From contig RSAS01000195.1 in NCBI GenBank assembly GCA_003934145.1, positions 1,226 through 44,226 of the forward strand: a stretch of DNA of 43,001 nt, given 5' to 3'. The translations under genes and the position numbers were made by a program. This DNA comes from Candidatus Viridilinea halotolerans. GTDB taxonomy: Bacteria > Chloroflexota > Chloroflexia > Chloroflexales > Chloroflexaceae. The number at the start of each line of letters is the position of its first letter. Positions within the stretch are counted from its first letter, which is position 1. Of the stretch, positions 19,701 through 28,452 are shown piece after piece. The notes under the pieces were generated by a model that had not been told where the DNA came from, did not search any database, and worked only from the letters and a program-made list of their open reading frames with translations.

Positions 19701-21870
19701 TCTCAGCTTTAATACTCAGATTACCTTGACCATCGGGCCAAACTTCAACGAAACGAATCGTAGGCGGCACAAAATCGCCACCACCAGGCCCGCCGCCGCC
19801 CTGACAACTCACCGTAAGCGGATATTCGCCACGGGCAACCCCAAAACCAGTATATTCCTGCTGGTGATCATAGTAGAGACATGGCGCATAGCCAATGAGA
19901 TCATCAGTCGCCGAATGGGCACTACGGTGCAAGGCCCAGTGGAACGAGAAGGTGCGTGTCAGCGGAAGCAGTTGGTTGTAGGTAAACTCCACCTCTCCGG
20001 CACTCACTGTCTGACGGGGTTGCCAAGTCGTACCATCATCAAAGGTGACAAAGAGTTGGGCTTCAGCCGTCACTCCATCGGCATCTGGGGCGGGGTCAAG
20101 TTCAGCCCGAAGCGTAAGCCGCGCCTCTGTGACCGTCCGGCCATCCTCATCCTCACGCTGCTCCCACTCCGAATGAACCGTCACCGTCTCAAATTCTGGG
20201 AAACGGAAATGTACCCGCGTATTGCCACTACGGTCATTCTGAGCGACAAAGCCGCGCTCAAGCTGGATGAAGGGGCGACCACGAAAATCATGGAATTCAT
20301 CGTGGTAGGTCTCAGGGGCAGTGGTGGTGCTATCTGCGCTAGGAGCGCCAACAGCAGCCCGTTTTGCCGCCGATTCATTCAGATAGGCATCGGCAAGCGG
20401 AGAAGCCATGTAGAAGGCACCCAGCGGATCGGGACGCGAAACAAGCGCACCACTAGCGAAACGCTGCACCCAGACTGCGCCGCGTTGGAATGGCGCACCA
20501 ACAGGGTCACCCAGCGTGCCAAGACCAATGCGTGCACATGCCTGGGCAAATGATGTCCGCAGAGGCGCTGGTAGATCTGTCCAGTCGATTTCAGAACAAG
20601 AGGTCAACGAATTGCTTAACGGGCCAAAGAGCGTAAAGTGGTTGGTACGAGCGGTAAGCGAGTGTTGGGCCACATTGACCGTTGTGGGCAATGCCACCCA
20701 GTGCTGGAGCGTTTCGTCGTAAAAATGGAGACGTAGGCGATCTTCGTGCAGATCAGCATGCGCCTCATACGCCACGCGCAGGCTCAAGTCGCGCTGGAAG
20801 TGGCGCACCGGATGACCGGCGGCGTCTACGGCGGTCAGCGTAAAGAAGCCCCCGGCATGCTGGTAGCCCGCGACAGGGCGCACAGGTTGCGCCTGGTAGC
20901 GAATCGTCGTCGTGCTGGTGACTGCGCCAGCAGGTACTGTAAGTTCCAAGCGCCCATCACTGGAACGCAGCACCCCTGCGCTGCTCGGCTCAACCACGAT
21001 CTGATCTGGCGGCCCGTTCGGCTTGGTGGGAGCGCCTGGGTTGCCCGGCTCACTCGGCTCGGTGGGAGCGTCTGGGTTACCCGGCTCACTCGGCTCGGTG
21101 GGAGCGCCTGGGTTACCTGGCTCACTCGGCTCGGTGGGAGCGTCTGGGTTGCCCGGCTCGGTGGGATTGCTTGGGTTACCCGGTTCACTCGGCTCGGTGG
21201 GAGCGTCTGGGTTGCCCGGCTCACTTGGCTCGGTGGGAGCGCCTGGGTCGTTCGGTGCGGAAGGATTAGAATCGGAATTCTCTTGATTCCCAGAAGTCTG
21301 TACCAAGGGCAAATAGATCGTGGTACGCCCTGCTTGCGCCTGCACCTGGGGCGGGGCACGCGCCGCAGCGGGATCGGCAGCGGGGCGCTGGGGCGGGCCG
21401 AGCGGATCATCAACCTGGCCTGCCGCGCTCACCGGCACAGCGGAAGTCTCACTTGGCTCTGGTTCAGCAACAGGCTGCTGGGCATCTTCAGGATCAGCCG
21501 GGGGGAACACGGTCGACGCAGGCGTAGCGAGCGTCAGGTGCGCCAGAGGATCGGGTCGCGCAGGGGGCGCAACCTGAGGCGCTTGGGGTGCCTGCAGATC
21601 AAGAGGCTCTAACCAAGCGGGTGTCGCCTCCCCAAAAGTGAACGGATCGGCCTCCGGCCCCAGCGCCGCTTCAAGGGCCATTCGCAACGGATCGTTGAAA
21701 GGCTCTAAAAGCGACGCAGGGTCACTCGGTAACGGATACTCCTCGCGCTGCGCGGAGGATGCAGGACTGGCCGCGACGACCTGCGGTGGCTGTACTGGCA
21801 AGATGCTCATCAGCAGAGCAACAAGCAGCACAAAACTCGCCAAACGGTGCGCACGCGGCAGTGATTGCAT
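13753..21870 (-). CDS. Large secreted Rhs/YD-repeat protein with a C-terminal toxin-like tip
   Basis: Sec-type signal peptide, IYLPLV motif, PTEPSEPGNP repeats, ZU5-like (LTVPAGAV...TNHFTLF) and DUF6531-like (GNPV...GQGWSFPY) regions, and many YD repeats. Rhs core: FTGQEWNEHTGLYEFYARHYDPDTGTWMSQD...YGYVGGDPVNTIDYYG. Confidence 0.93.
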   Translation of the reverse strand: MQSLPRAHRLASFVLLVALLMSILPVQPPQVVAASPASSAQREEYPLPSDPASLLEPFNDPLRMALEAALGPEADPFTFGEATPAWLEPLDLQAPQAPQVAPPARPDPLAHLTLATPASTVFPPADPEDAQQPVAEPEPSETSAVPVSAAGQVDDPLGPPQRPAADPAAARAPPQVQAQAGRTTIYLPLVQTSGNQENSDSNPSAPNDPGAPTEPSEPGNPDAPTEPSEPGNPSNPTEPGNPDAPTEPSEPGNPGAPTEPSEPGNPDAPTEPSEPGNPGAPTKPNGPPDQIVVEPSSAGVLRSSDGRLELTVPAGAVTSTTTIRYQAQPVRPVAGYQHAGGFFTLTAVDAAGHPVRHFQRDLSLRVAYEAHADLHEDRLRLHFYDETLQHWVALPTTVNVAQHSLTARTNHFTLFGPLSNSLTSCSEIDWTDLPAPLRTSFAQACARIGLGTLGDPVGAPFQRGAVWVQRFASGALVSRPDPLGAFYMASPLADAYLNESAAKRAAVGAPSADSTTTAPETYHDEFHDFRGRPFIQLERGFVAQNDRSGNTRVHFRFPEFETVTVHSEWEQREDEDGRTVTEARLTLRAELDPAPDADGVTAEAQLFVTFDDGTTWQPRQTVSAGEVEFTYNQLLPLTRTFSFHWALHRSAHSATDDLIGYAPCLYYDHQQEYTGFGVARGEYPLTVSCQGGGGPGGGDFVPPTIRFVEVWPDGQGNLSIKAEITDNSGRIASATIAGGPGRLAPELTPTPDFGPNIYNAVFRDVPRGQIVNFTITASDPSGNTASASGNSRITFRGRNGTGCIDPCVGYEVGVGNPVLPGLGNKVETLPVVFVAGPGEADIDLTLTYNAQDPTVGLTGQGWSFPYQASATRRDNLLLQGYEVIYPDGRQVLFAEAEDGRLVSRTPDVHDRLEQRGATLVLITKQLLEYEFDQAGRLIAQRDRNGNALLFAYSGDQLTSISSAAGRTITLSYNSQGLIDSITAPEGKQFRFDYAETRLVAFTDARGHVTTFTYEEQYLGTLLDVDGQPYEATDAYLASVYTPEGHFKNQQTYDDRGRVVEQTVGERERRTFVYDDDARTTTITDALGHVTVYHYDELYRLVQITYADGTAEFFTYDDNFNRTSFIDALGREYTYTYDDRGNRLTETGPLGWSRAWAFNDRDQVTQFTDAEGRVTRYAYDARGNLVGLTNAAGDSSTLTYDSRGLPIEITDFNGNQTTNGYDATTGDLLSSTNAAGDQVQFAYDGLGRLQSSTNGRGFATRYTFDGNDNLLQLDGPLGFQVRYRYDKNDNLIAATNANGGESRLVYDQSENLIEEHTPLGLRTGYAYDAMNNLVRVEDAEGRVWNFAYDAVYNRVAEHGPEESHTFYRYDAVGNLTALVRCNSPLVGEICAVQQVQALVYDDLNRVVSAIANAVPDAPASADTNVATHFAYDAVGNLVALTDANGRTTTFGYDALDRLVREETAAAQVSRYGYDAMSNLVSMTNPRGFTSTFGYDAANRLVSVTDALQQTTQFSYDANSNLVAQRDPEGIVTAYRYDALDRLEELVQNERSDASTSSTQNVTTRFAYDLAGNLRFVYDPRGTYVTEHQYDADLRRVQTLDAEGGVTSLSYDRVNNLVAVTDANGHTTTSRYDDLNRIVQITNPEGHAVHFAYDQLDNLISLSDARGFTSTYEYDGLDRVVRFTDNADGIWRYTYDPVSLLLAETDANGHTTNFTYDIVYRLLSRTDAEGYVTSWSYDANNNPLTRTDGNGHTATSTYDELDRLATRTNAEDETTAYRYNWLGGQVAMIEADGIVTGYGYDPLYRLSSVTFNQQPDQPATVDTNVTTRYRYDATGNLVEIRDANGNPTFFAFDGLNRLTREVDALGHQWDYAYDKTFNRVERLDALRNRTRYSYYPDDQLARIDYHDGTFVTHSYDENNNLLNVTNHLGSIERSYDPLNRLVEEQDVHGRQTAFGYDAVGNRLSLTYPDGRIVTSSYLKNNWLASTSDPDGRTTRYVRDGVGNVVRQENPNSTVVTQSYDKANRLLSIENRQIGGANTVNSRFVYTYDEVGQRVTMEATYAWRNPSVVTSSYRYDPLRRLVRDEDSRGIWTDYSFDAVGNRLTLTTNDNSDTNRPLDSKTLHYSYNATNQLLTVVGDTHPGSPGLKRADNSAQALHAFRHEVAAQQYKGISGDAASDLLARADALLAQLYGTPAPNAAAVESALNTLRSQIEAYLAEGDLRNQGVATSLIAKLRLAGAANNGTSGELQTVTYSYDANGNRINKEFPGPQGPRIQGSDYHYDPENRLVTVQDYQQNLQGNRVERALSSMDHDGNGRRVIKEYDPKTGGGGTKRVEYVYDGLDPIAEYNTWNPQYENFYRGDQGRILQMHHFPSGTQGQIFWYHYDGLGSVAGLTKHQGQSSHNYRYEAYGKIELPKGNFSDPHNHYSFTGQEWNEHTGLYEFYARHYDPDTGTWMSQDSYRGQIISPKTLHRYGYVGGDPVNTIDYYGYLFGYDIPFVSWEGLRKLVKVEKISETSLPYADVAESGVSALMRQRTKTLDQSAIDKIRKDPAMIDYEKKILEMIKNDSRYCNGEEFNYHEIGLVKFGGNTAPVTFSEQARNPLKGIFKVNPFDSQSLNNMDYIDTWRVASSELTWLLRNSTVITNVDVDSQGNITISYQLVDVLDLRPSEGRVSEYNMITKITGTTWHDLLGATEMKIEANWKSEYRKE
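21020..21250 (-). repeat. Coding tandem repeats of about 36 bp (APTEPSEPGNP[G/D])
   Basis: The unit CTCGGTGGGAGCG(C/T)CTGGGTT(G/A)CC(C/T)GGCTCACTCGG is repeated on the + strand. Confidence 0.85.
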
Positions 21871-22242
21871 GAGGAGTCCCCTTAGAGCAGTGACATGAAA
21901 TGGGAGATGTGGAATGTGGGTGTGGGATGTGAGTGGTATCTCCTACGTTGCCTGCTCGTATTAAACCAGATAGTATACGCAGTGGCGTCCTGTTGAGCGG
22001 GACAAAGAGCGGGACAAAAAACAAAACAGACAGGAATACGCAACAAGGCTCGCACACGAGTGAAGTATCAAACTACGAAGCGCCTACGAATCTTATACTA
22101 AGCCAAATAGTACTAAAAATCAGCCTTTCCTACGTGATAAGTTTGTCATCTTTACCTGAAAGATTCTTCATTATTGATTTAGTAAGAATAATCTTTCTTA
22201 AGGTGAGTAGACACCGCCATCTCGTGACCTTGTGCAGGGGCA

Positions 22243-22366
22243 AGTACAAGAACGATAATGATACTTATCGTTCTCGTACTCGCTCAAAACAGTCCCTTTT
22301 CGCTCCTACGGGAACGGTAACATGTTGCAAAATCCCCCATTTGTGGTATCTTTGCGAGAACGATAA
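22243..22366. promoter_or_regulatory. Putative tyrosine-recombinase resolution site (IR core + two direct repeats)
   Basis: AGTACAAGAACGATAA-TGATAC-TTATCGTTCTCGTACT (16-6-16, one mismatch), plus direct copies at 22307-22320 and 22355-22366. Confidence 0.7.
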
Positions 22367-22397
22367 ATCGCAACTGGCTTTCTTGGAAACCTCACGC

Positions 22398-23468
22398 ATG
22401 CATCCTGAAACCCCCGACCCCCTCGCGGCCTACTTGGCCCACCTCGATCAACACCTCACCACCCGTGGCCGTCGCGCCTCGCCAGCAACGCTGCGGGCGA
22501 TTCGTTCCGACCTGCGCGCCTTCATCGCCTGGTGGCAATCGGCGCGCCCCGTCGCCTTCAATCTGGCTCTGGTGCTCGACACCGATCTCGACGATTACCT
22601 CACCCAGCGCCAGCGCGACGGGCGCGCCGCTGCGACGATCAATCGCGGCAATGCCTCGCTACGCAACTGGTTCGCCTGGGCGGTCAGCGAGGGGCTGATC
22701 GCGCACAACCCGACCGGCAGCCTGCACGATCTGCAGGTGGAAGAGACGGCGCCGCGTGGCCTCAACCTCGATGGGGTGGAGTGGCTGCTCCGCGCTGCCA
22801 CACAGCTTGATGACCCACTAGATCGGCTGCGCGACACCGCCATGATTGTGTTGCTCTCCGACCTGGGCCTACGCTCACACGAAGCGGCCAGCCTTGAACT
22901 GCGCGACCTCGATCTCGACGGCGGAGCGGTTACGGTGCGTATGGGCAAAGGGCGCAAAGCGCGGCGCATCCTGATTGACCTTGACGGCCCGACGATGCGT
23001 CGCCTGCGCGCCTACCTCGACACGTTTTATCTCACGGCCAGCCCGCAGGTCAAGGTTGAACCAGCCGCGCTCGAAGCCGGCAGCGTCCTCTTCCTATCCG
23101 CACGCCACCGCGCCAAGCCGGGCCGTCCGTGGGAACCAGGCATGCAAACCGTGACGATGCGCAAGCGCATGATCGCCCTGCGCCAGAGCGCCGTCGCCCT
23201 CGTGCGCCTTCAGATCGAGCAAGAGGGCGATACAGAACGCAGCGAGGCGCTACGCGACCTCATCCGTGACCTTGAAACATGCAGCCCCCACACCCTGCGC
23301 CACGGCTTGGCCTACCGTCTCTACGCAGCGGGGGCCACTACCAAAACCGTCGCCCGCCAATTCGGCCACAGCCGCGAGAGTACCGCAATGAAGTATGGCA
23401 AGCAGAAGGAGAAAGAGATTCGTGGGCTGATGGGGCGGGCGAATCGGCGACAGATGGGGGCGGGGTAG
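22398..23468 (+). CDS. Tyrosine recombinase/integrase (Xer-like), intact
   Basis: Catalytic residues are present: LGLRSHE, GKGRK, HTLRH, FGHS, MKYG. ATG 22398 is preferred over 21933. Confidence 0.92.
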   Translation: MHPETPDPLAAYLAHLDQHLTTRGRRASPATLRAIRSDLRAFIAWWQSARPVAFNLALVLDTDLDDYLTQRQRDGRAAATINRGNASLRNWFAWAVSEGLIAHNPTGSLHDLQVEETAPRGLNLDGVEWLLRAATQLDDPLDRLRDTAMIVLLSDLGLRSHEAASLELRDLDLDGGAVTVRMGKGRKARRILIDLDGPTMRRLRAYLDTFYLTASPQVKVEPAALEAGSVLFLSARHRAKPGRPWEPGMQTVTMRKRMIALRQSAVALVRLQIEQEGDTERSEALRDLIRDLETCSPHTLRHGLAYRLYAAGATTKTVARQFGHSRESTAMKYGKQKEKEIRGLMGRANRRQMGAG

Positions 23469-23611
23469 GGAAGGATAGAGGAAGTAGAAAATAGGAAAGG
23501 GGGGGTGGGGCATCAGGATGCGCTGGAAGCGCCTAGGTGGTTACGAATCATCCCTTTGTGCTACAATCCACCAAGTTCTCTTTCTGTCTACCCATTCCAC
23601 GAGGGTACTCT

Positions 23612-24523
23612 ATGCCAACCCAGCCTATGGCCGAGGTGTTCGGGCACCGCATTGACGATTTCTCAGCGGAAGCCGTTCGCCACCGCCAACATCGGCTCTG
23701 CCCCTTTAACAATAGGGTTCCCTCCTGCACCAAGGACAAGGCGAATAACCCGCTAGGGGTATGCAGTGTGTATGATGGAGACAATTGCGCCATCACATGC
23801 CCTGTCCGCTTTCGGCAAGATTGGCGTATTGCGACCGATGCCGCAGAGTTTTTCTTTCCCACGGGAACTACGTGGACTTCGTTCACGGAAATTCGCCTCA
23901 CTGATGCGTATGGCAAATCAGCGGGCAATATTGATGTGGTACTCGTCTCTTACGACAAGGAAGGCACGCTGCTCGATTTTGGTGCGCTCGAGGTGCAGTC
24001 CGTCTATATCTCGGGTAACGTGCGCAAGCCTTTTGAGTCCTACATGGCCGACCCACAGGCGAATGCGAACCTTGATTGGCGTGGGAAGAGAGATTATCCC
24101 CGTGCAGATTTTCTCTCCTCTTCCCGCAAGCGTCTCGCCCCCCAACTCATCTACAAAGGGGGTATCCTGCATGCCTGGAGCCGAAAAATGGCCGTAGCGG
24201 TGGATCAGGCGTTCTTTGCCGAGTTCCCCGTTTTGCCAGAAGTGGATGCATCGGAAGCAGACGTGGCATGGTTCATTTATGATCTGCGTGAGCGTGACCA
24301 AGATCAACGTTATTACCTAGCCCATGCCCGCACGGTCTATACGCAGTTTACGCCAGCGCTGCAACGTATCACCAATCCCGCTCCTGGGCCGGAAGAGTCG
24401 TTTCGCACCTTGTTGCAAAAGAGACTCAATGAGAGGCAGATTGCGCCAAGCTTGCCACCAACCGCACCGACGGTGGCTGACTTGTTTTACGAGAACGACC
24501 GTAGCGTGGCGGACGAGGAGTGA
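23612..24523 (+). CDS. NotI-family type II restriction endonuclease
   Basis: AEVFG...CPF...CTK...GVCS...CPVRF (Cys4 metal site), GNIDVVLV...LEVQSVYISGN, SSSRKRLAPQLIYKG. Confidence 0.85.
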   Translation: MPTQPMAEVFGHRIDDFSAEAVRHRQHRLCPFNNRVPSCTKDKANNPLGVCSVYDGDNCAITCPVRFRQDWRIATDAAEFFFPTGTTWTSFTEIRLTDAYGKSAGNIDVVLVSYDKEGTLLDFGALEVQSVYISGNVRKPFESYMADPQANANLDWRGKRDYPRADFLSSSRKRLAPQLIYKGGILHAWSRKMAVAVDQAFFAEFPVLPEVDASEADVAWFIYDLRERDQDQRYYLAHARTVYTQFTPALQRITNPAPGPEESFRTLLQKRLNERQIAPSLPPTAPTVADLFYENDRSVADEE

Positions 24524-25428
24524 CGATGGAACAGCTTACCTTTCTTGCAGGCCATTCTTCCCCACACTGTTCTGCTGCCATTGTCAATGTTGCAACTGTT
24601 CCGCAGCGCAGCCCGTTTCGTTATCCAGGGGGAAAGACATGGCTCGTTCCTCGCATCCGTGCGTGGCTTGGGAGCCTCCCTACGCAGCCAGTTCTTTACA
24701 TCGAGCCATTCGCTGGGGGCGGGATTGTCTCGCTCACGGTTGCGTTCGAGCAGCTTGCCGAGCGGGTGTTGATGGTAGAGCTTGACCCTCAGGTCGCGGC
24801 CGTCTGGCGCACGATCCTTGAAGGAGATGCCGAGGAGTTGGCGCAGGCCATTATCAGCTTCGACATGAGATTGGAGACGCTTACCGCAGCCGTGCAGCGG
24901 GAACCCGCGACCGTGGCGGAGTGCGCGTTTCAAACCATCCTCAAGAATCGCACCAATCGCGGCGGTATCCTTGCACCTGGTGCGGGAAGAATTAACCACG
25001 GCGAGAATGGCAAAGGGATTCGCTCACGCTGGTATCCTGAAACCATCAGTCGCCGTATACGGGACATCGTGCAGCATCGGGGGCGGCTTACCTTTATCGA
25101 AGGCGATGGCGTAGATGTGTGCCGACAGTATGCCGCAGACAAAACAGTAGTCTTTTTTATCGATCCGCCGTACACCGCTTCCACCAAACGTGCGGGAAGC
25201 CGTCTGTACCGCTATTCAGAAATTGACCACCAAGAACTCTTTCGTATCGCATCCACCTTTGCCGGTGACTTCCTCATGACCTACGACAACGCAGAGGAGT
25301 TGCGTGCGCTCGCTGCGAACTTTGGCTTCGACACGGAACTCGTAGCGATGAAGAACACCCATCACACGGCAATGACCGAATTGCTGATTGGGCGTAACCT
25401 CGACTGGGTTCGGCACACTTTAGGCTAG
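24520..25428 (+). CDS. D12/Dam-class DNA amino-methyltransferase (probable cognate MTase)
   Basis: SPFRYPGGK, EPFAGGG, FIDPPY. It overlaps the REase stop codon. Confidence 0.9.
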   Translation: MTMEQLTFLAGHSSPHCSAAIVNVATVPQRSPFRYPGGKTWLVPRIRAWLGSLPTQPVLYIEPFAGGGIVSLTVAFEQLAERVLMVELDPQVAAVWRTILEGDAEELAQAIISFDMRLETLTAAVQREPATVAECAFQTILKNRTNRGGILAPGAGRINHGENGKGIRSRWYPETISRRIRDIVQHRGRLTFIEGDGVDVCRQYAADKTVVFFIDPPYTASTKRAGSRLYRYSEIDHQELFRIASTFAGDFLMTYDNAEELRALAANFGFDTELVAMKNTHHTAMTELLIGRNLDWVRHTLG

Positions 25429-28330
25429 GCTGTCCACCAAGGGTTGCCATGCCAACGCCTCCGCGTAGGTCGCGGCGGCGCAGAGTGGGCGCTGGATGAG
25501 GCGATCTAATTCGCTCCAATCTTGTAGCGGTGCCGCCGCAAGAATGGCGCTGGTCGCCGCTACCCGTTGCGGAACATCTGCGATTGCTTCGGCGGCAGAG
25601 ATCGCGCTGAAGCGCTGTCCGCACGCCAACAGCAGATGGACGCCGCGTAGTTGCAGCGCAGCCCGTAGATCGCGGTCAGCAATGTGGTGGGCAATCCGGT
25701 AGACTACGAGGATGACGCCTACAGCTTGATGGTAGCGCTTCATGACGCGCAGCAATTCGCCGGCCTCTAGGTAGCATTGGGCGCGTTGGGTCATGTCGGC
25801 GATCTGCGGGATGGTGTTGATCTGTTGTCGTGCATAGCGCCACGCCATCTTGTGCGCTTCACACGCAAGGAGGCGATAGGCCATGCGTTGGAGGGTTGCC
25901 ACCGACAATTCCGCTCTGGTGCAGCGCATGACGGTGGCCATTGCCAATGTGTAGATTCCTTTTTCTGCCATGATCTCCGCTAGGGCGCAGAGCGCCGCGT
26001 CACGGTTCGCTGCCTGGGTGATTGTGCGACCCTGATCCTTTACGCGCGTACCCCACGCTACGCACTCTGCGCTGGCGTTGCCACGTGCGACCTGCGCGGA
26101 GAGGGGCGTGAGCAGATCTAGGGCCGCGCTGAAGTAGCCCTGATCAGCCAAACATTGGGCAAGGGTGAGCGTGGGTTGCAAAGTGTTGGTTTGGCCAAGC
26201 AGACGTTGCGCCAAATCAAGGTAGCCATGCTCAGCCAGAACCTGAGCTACGCCGGGTAGTTTCACCAAGGGCCAGCGTGTCAGTTCACGCTCCAGATCTG
26301 CCAAGCTCATCTCGCCAAGGCGCACAAGGAGCACGAGAAGGCGTGCATCGGCGAGGTGGATGGTGTAGGTAAAATCATCCCATGTGAGCGTAAAGGAGCG
26401 CCAAGTGACCGTTGCCGGCCGTCGTCGTTCTTGCGTCAATTGGACAAGCGCTGTGATCAACTCTGGGGCAAGGTCGCGGCGTTCGAGCGTGGCCAGCGCC
26501 TCACCCATGGTCAAGAGGAATTCGTGCTGGTAGTAGGGATCAGGTAACGCCGCGATCAGCGCCACCGCCGCTGCAACCTCAGCTTGCACCAAGAGCGCCA
26601 CAAGCTGATCGCGCTGCGCGTTGAGCGCCGTGATGAAGGGATGGGGCTCGTTAGAAAGGGGTAGCGCATCATAGTCACGGTAACGTAGTGATGGAATGGT
26701 GGTGAGGATCGCCAGGTCTTCCGGTGCATCACCACTCAAGCGAGCGTCGAGCCTCATCGCCACGCGCTGCTGATAACTCGGCGTCGTGATCAGCACGAGC
26801 AGATCGTCAACCTCTTGCTCCAGCGCATCCGCCTGGGCCATCTGACCCTTCGCCCGCAGCAGCAAGCTGGCATCAAGCAACAACTCGCAGCGAACCTTTG
26901 GGTCGCTATGCATAGCGGAAATCAGTGCCAAAGCCTCGGGAAAGCGTTCGCTCCGCAGCAGCAGGCTGGCAATCTGCTCCCAAAGCCGCCCCTGGCTGGC
27001 ATGTGGAAACATGATCTGGTGCCGTCCAGTCAGCACCAGCGCATAGCTCAACGGCGCACAGAGATGAGCGGCATCATCCGTACCGGTATGCATGGAGAGG
27101 TAGGTGGGGGTACAGCCGAGATTCGTGTAAAATCGGGAAGTAACCGGCACCGTGTAGCAAAATGACCACCTGATGTCTGCTACTTCGGTATAGCAGACAT
27201 CAGGTGCCGAAAAACAGGGGCTTCATGTCTGCTAATGCCAGTCAGAAGGCCTCAAAGGAATGTCTGCTAAGGTCTTCTACAAAGTGGTGAACCTCTGGAA
27301 GCCTTCCAGAATCTCGATTTCTTACACGGAACCAGATACTTCCCTTTTTTACACGTATCTCGGTTGTACCCCAGGTGAAGACCCAATTGATCGTTGCGTC
27401 TTCTCGTTTCCCCAACTCACTGCGGAGTTGGGCAATAAGCAGAAAGAGGGGAAGCCGCGCTGCCATCGTACTAAGTTGATAGACCGGCTGTTCCAGCGCC
27501 GTAAGCAACTCCTCAACATCAGGCTCGTGGCGCAACGCTTCCACCAGCAAGCACCATGCTTGTTCCGTGCGGGCCACGCGTGCGGCATCCCACGTTGGCC
27601 CCAAGAGGTCACTGGCCCGCAGATCGACAGGCGTCGCGCTGCGCGCCAAGCTACGCAAAGCAAGCATCCCGATCTTGACGAGATTCAGCAGATCTGCGGC
27701 TGCATCGGCGACCTGCCACCCCTCACACGGTTGGCTAGCCACCGTAGCCAGCAGATCGATCAGGTCATACGGCCCAGCGAAGAGCAGATCAAGCAACTGA
27801 CGGGCAGCGGCATAGTCATGAGCCGCGAGCGCTTCTGCCAACACCTGGGGCGTCTCGTGCCACAGCGTCCACAAGAGCTCCACGCCACGCTCGGAGCACT
27901 CGGCAGCCAACGTGGGATCGTGTTGCAACCATTGCGCTAGGTGCAGGAGAACCATACTCTGGTGCAGCGGATGGCGCAACAACGCGGCGCAATGGAGCAG
28001 ATCGCTGGTGGGCTGTTGCCGCGACATCGTTTGCCAAGTTGCAATGCTCAGCCCATTGAGGCGACAGACAAGCTGGCCTCGGCGCAGGCTACAAGCAGCG
28101 AGGCGAGGCAAAAGCGCCAGGCTCCGCGCAAGATCCTGCGCACCGGCAGCAATCAGTTCATCACGGGCCGCATCGAGGGTGCGAACCGCCTGCCACACCA
28201 GAGCATCGTGAGAGACCTCATGCAGCAGATGGCCGACCCAATCTGCGGCCTCGGAGCGCGGCAGACCAGCGGATGATCCCACATCAATGCCAGAGTCTTG
28301 ATCAATTGGCATGACCATCTCGTCTTCCAT
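25420..28330 (-). pseudogene. Large alpha-helical (TPR-like) repeat protein split by a MITE
   Basis: ORFs 27242..28405 and 25420..27150 join in frame (...INWVFT|YLSMH...) when 27107-27372 plus one TSD copy (271 bp) is removed. This gives about 879 aa from ATG 28330. Confidence 0.8.
27107..27372. mobile_element. 266-bp Tn3-derived miniature element (TIME/MITE) with a 5-bp TSD
   Basis: Imperfect IRs of about 55 bp beginning GGGGTACA(G/A)CCGAGAT; AGGTG is duplicated at 27102-27106 and 27373-27377. Confidence 0.9.
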
Positions 28331-28452
28331 CGCGATCCCTCCTCGGCACCGTCTGCTCAATGATCGTTCTGAGTCCGCTTTACCCGACAGCAAGCAACTG
28401 ATCAAGCAGCGGCTGTTGTCAGCACAACGATGGCCTGCACATGTGCGCTGCC

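Noticed and set aside
14961-21898. Many long antisense or alternative-frame ORFs within the Rhs gene
   Set aside because: These are typical shadow ORFs of GC3-rich coding DNA, with no recognisable motifs.
21933-22397. 155-aa N-terminal extension of the recombinase
   Set aside because: The region is AT-rich, holds the recombination site and the divergent Rhs upstream region, and recombinase similarity begins at ATG 22398.
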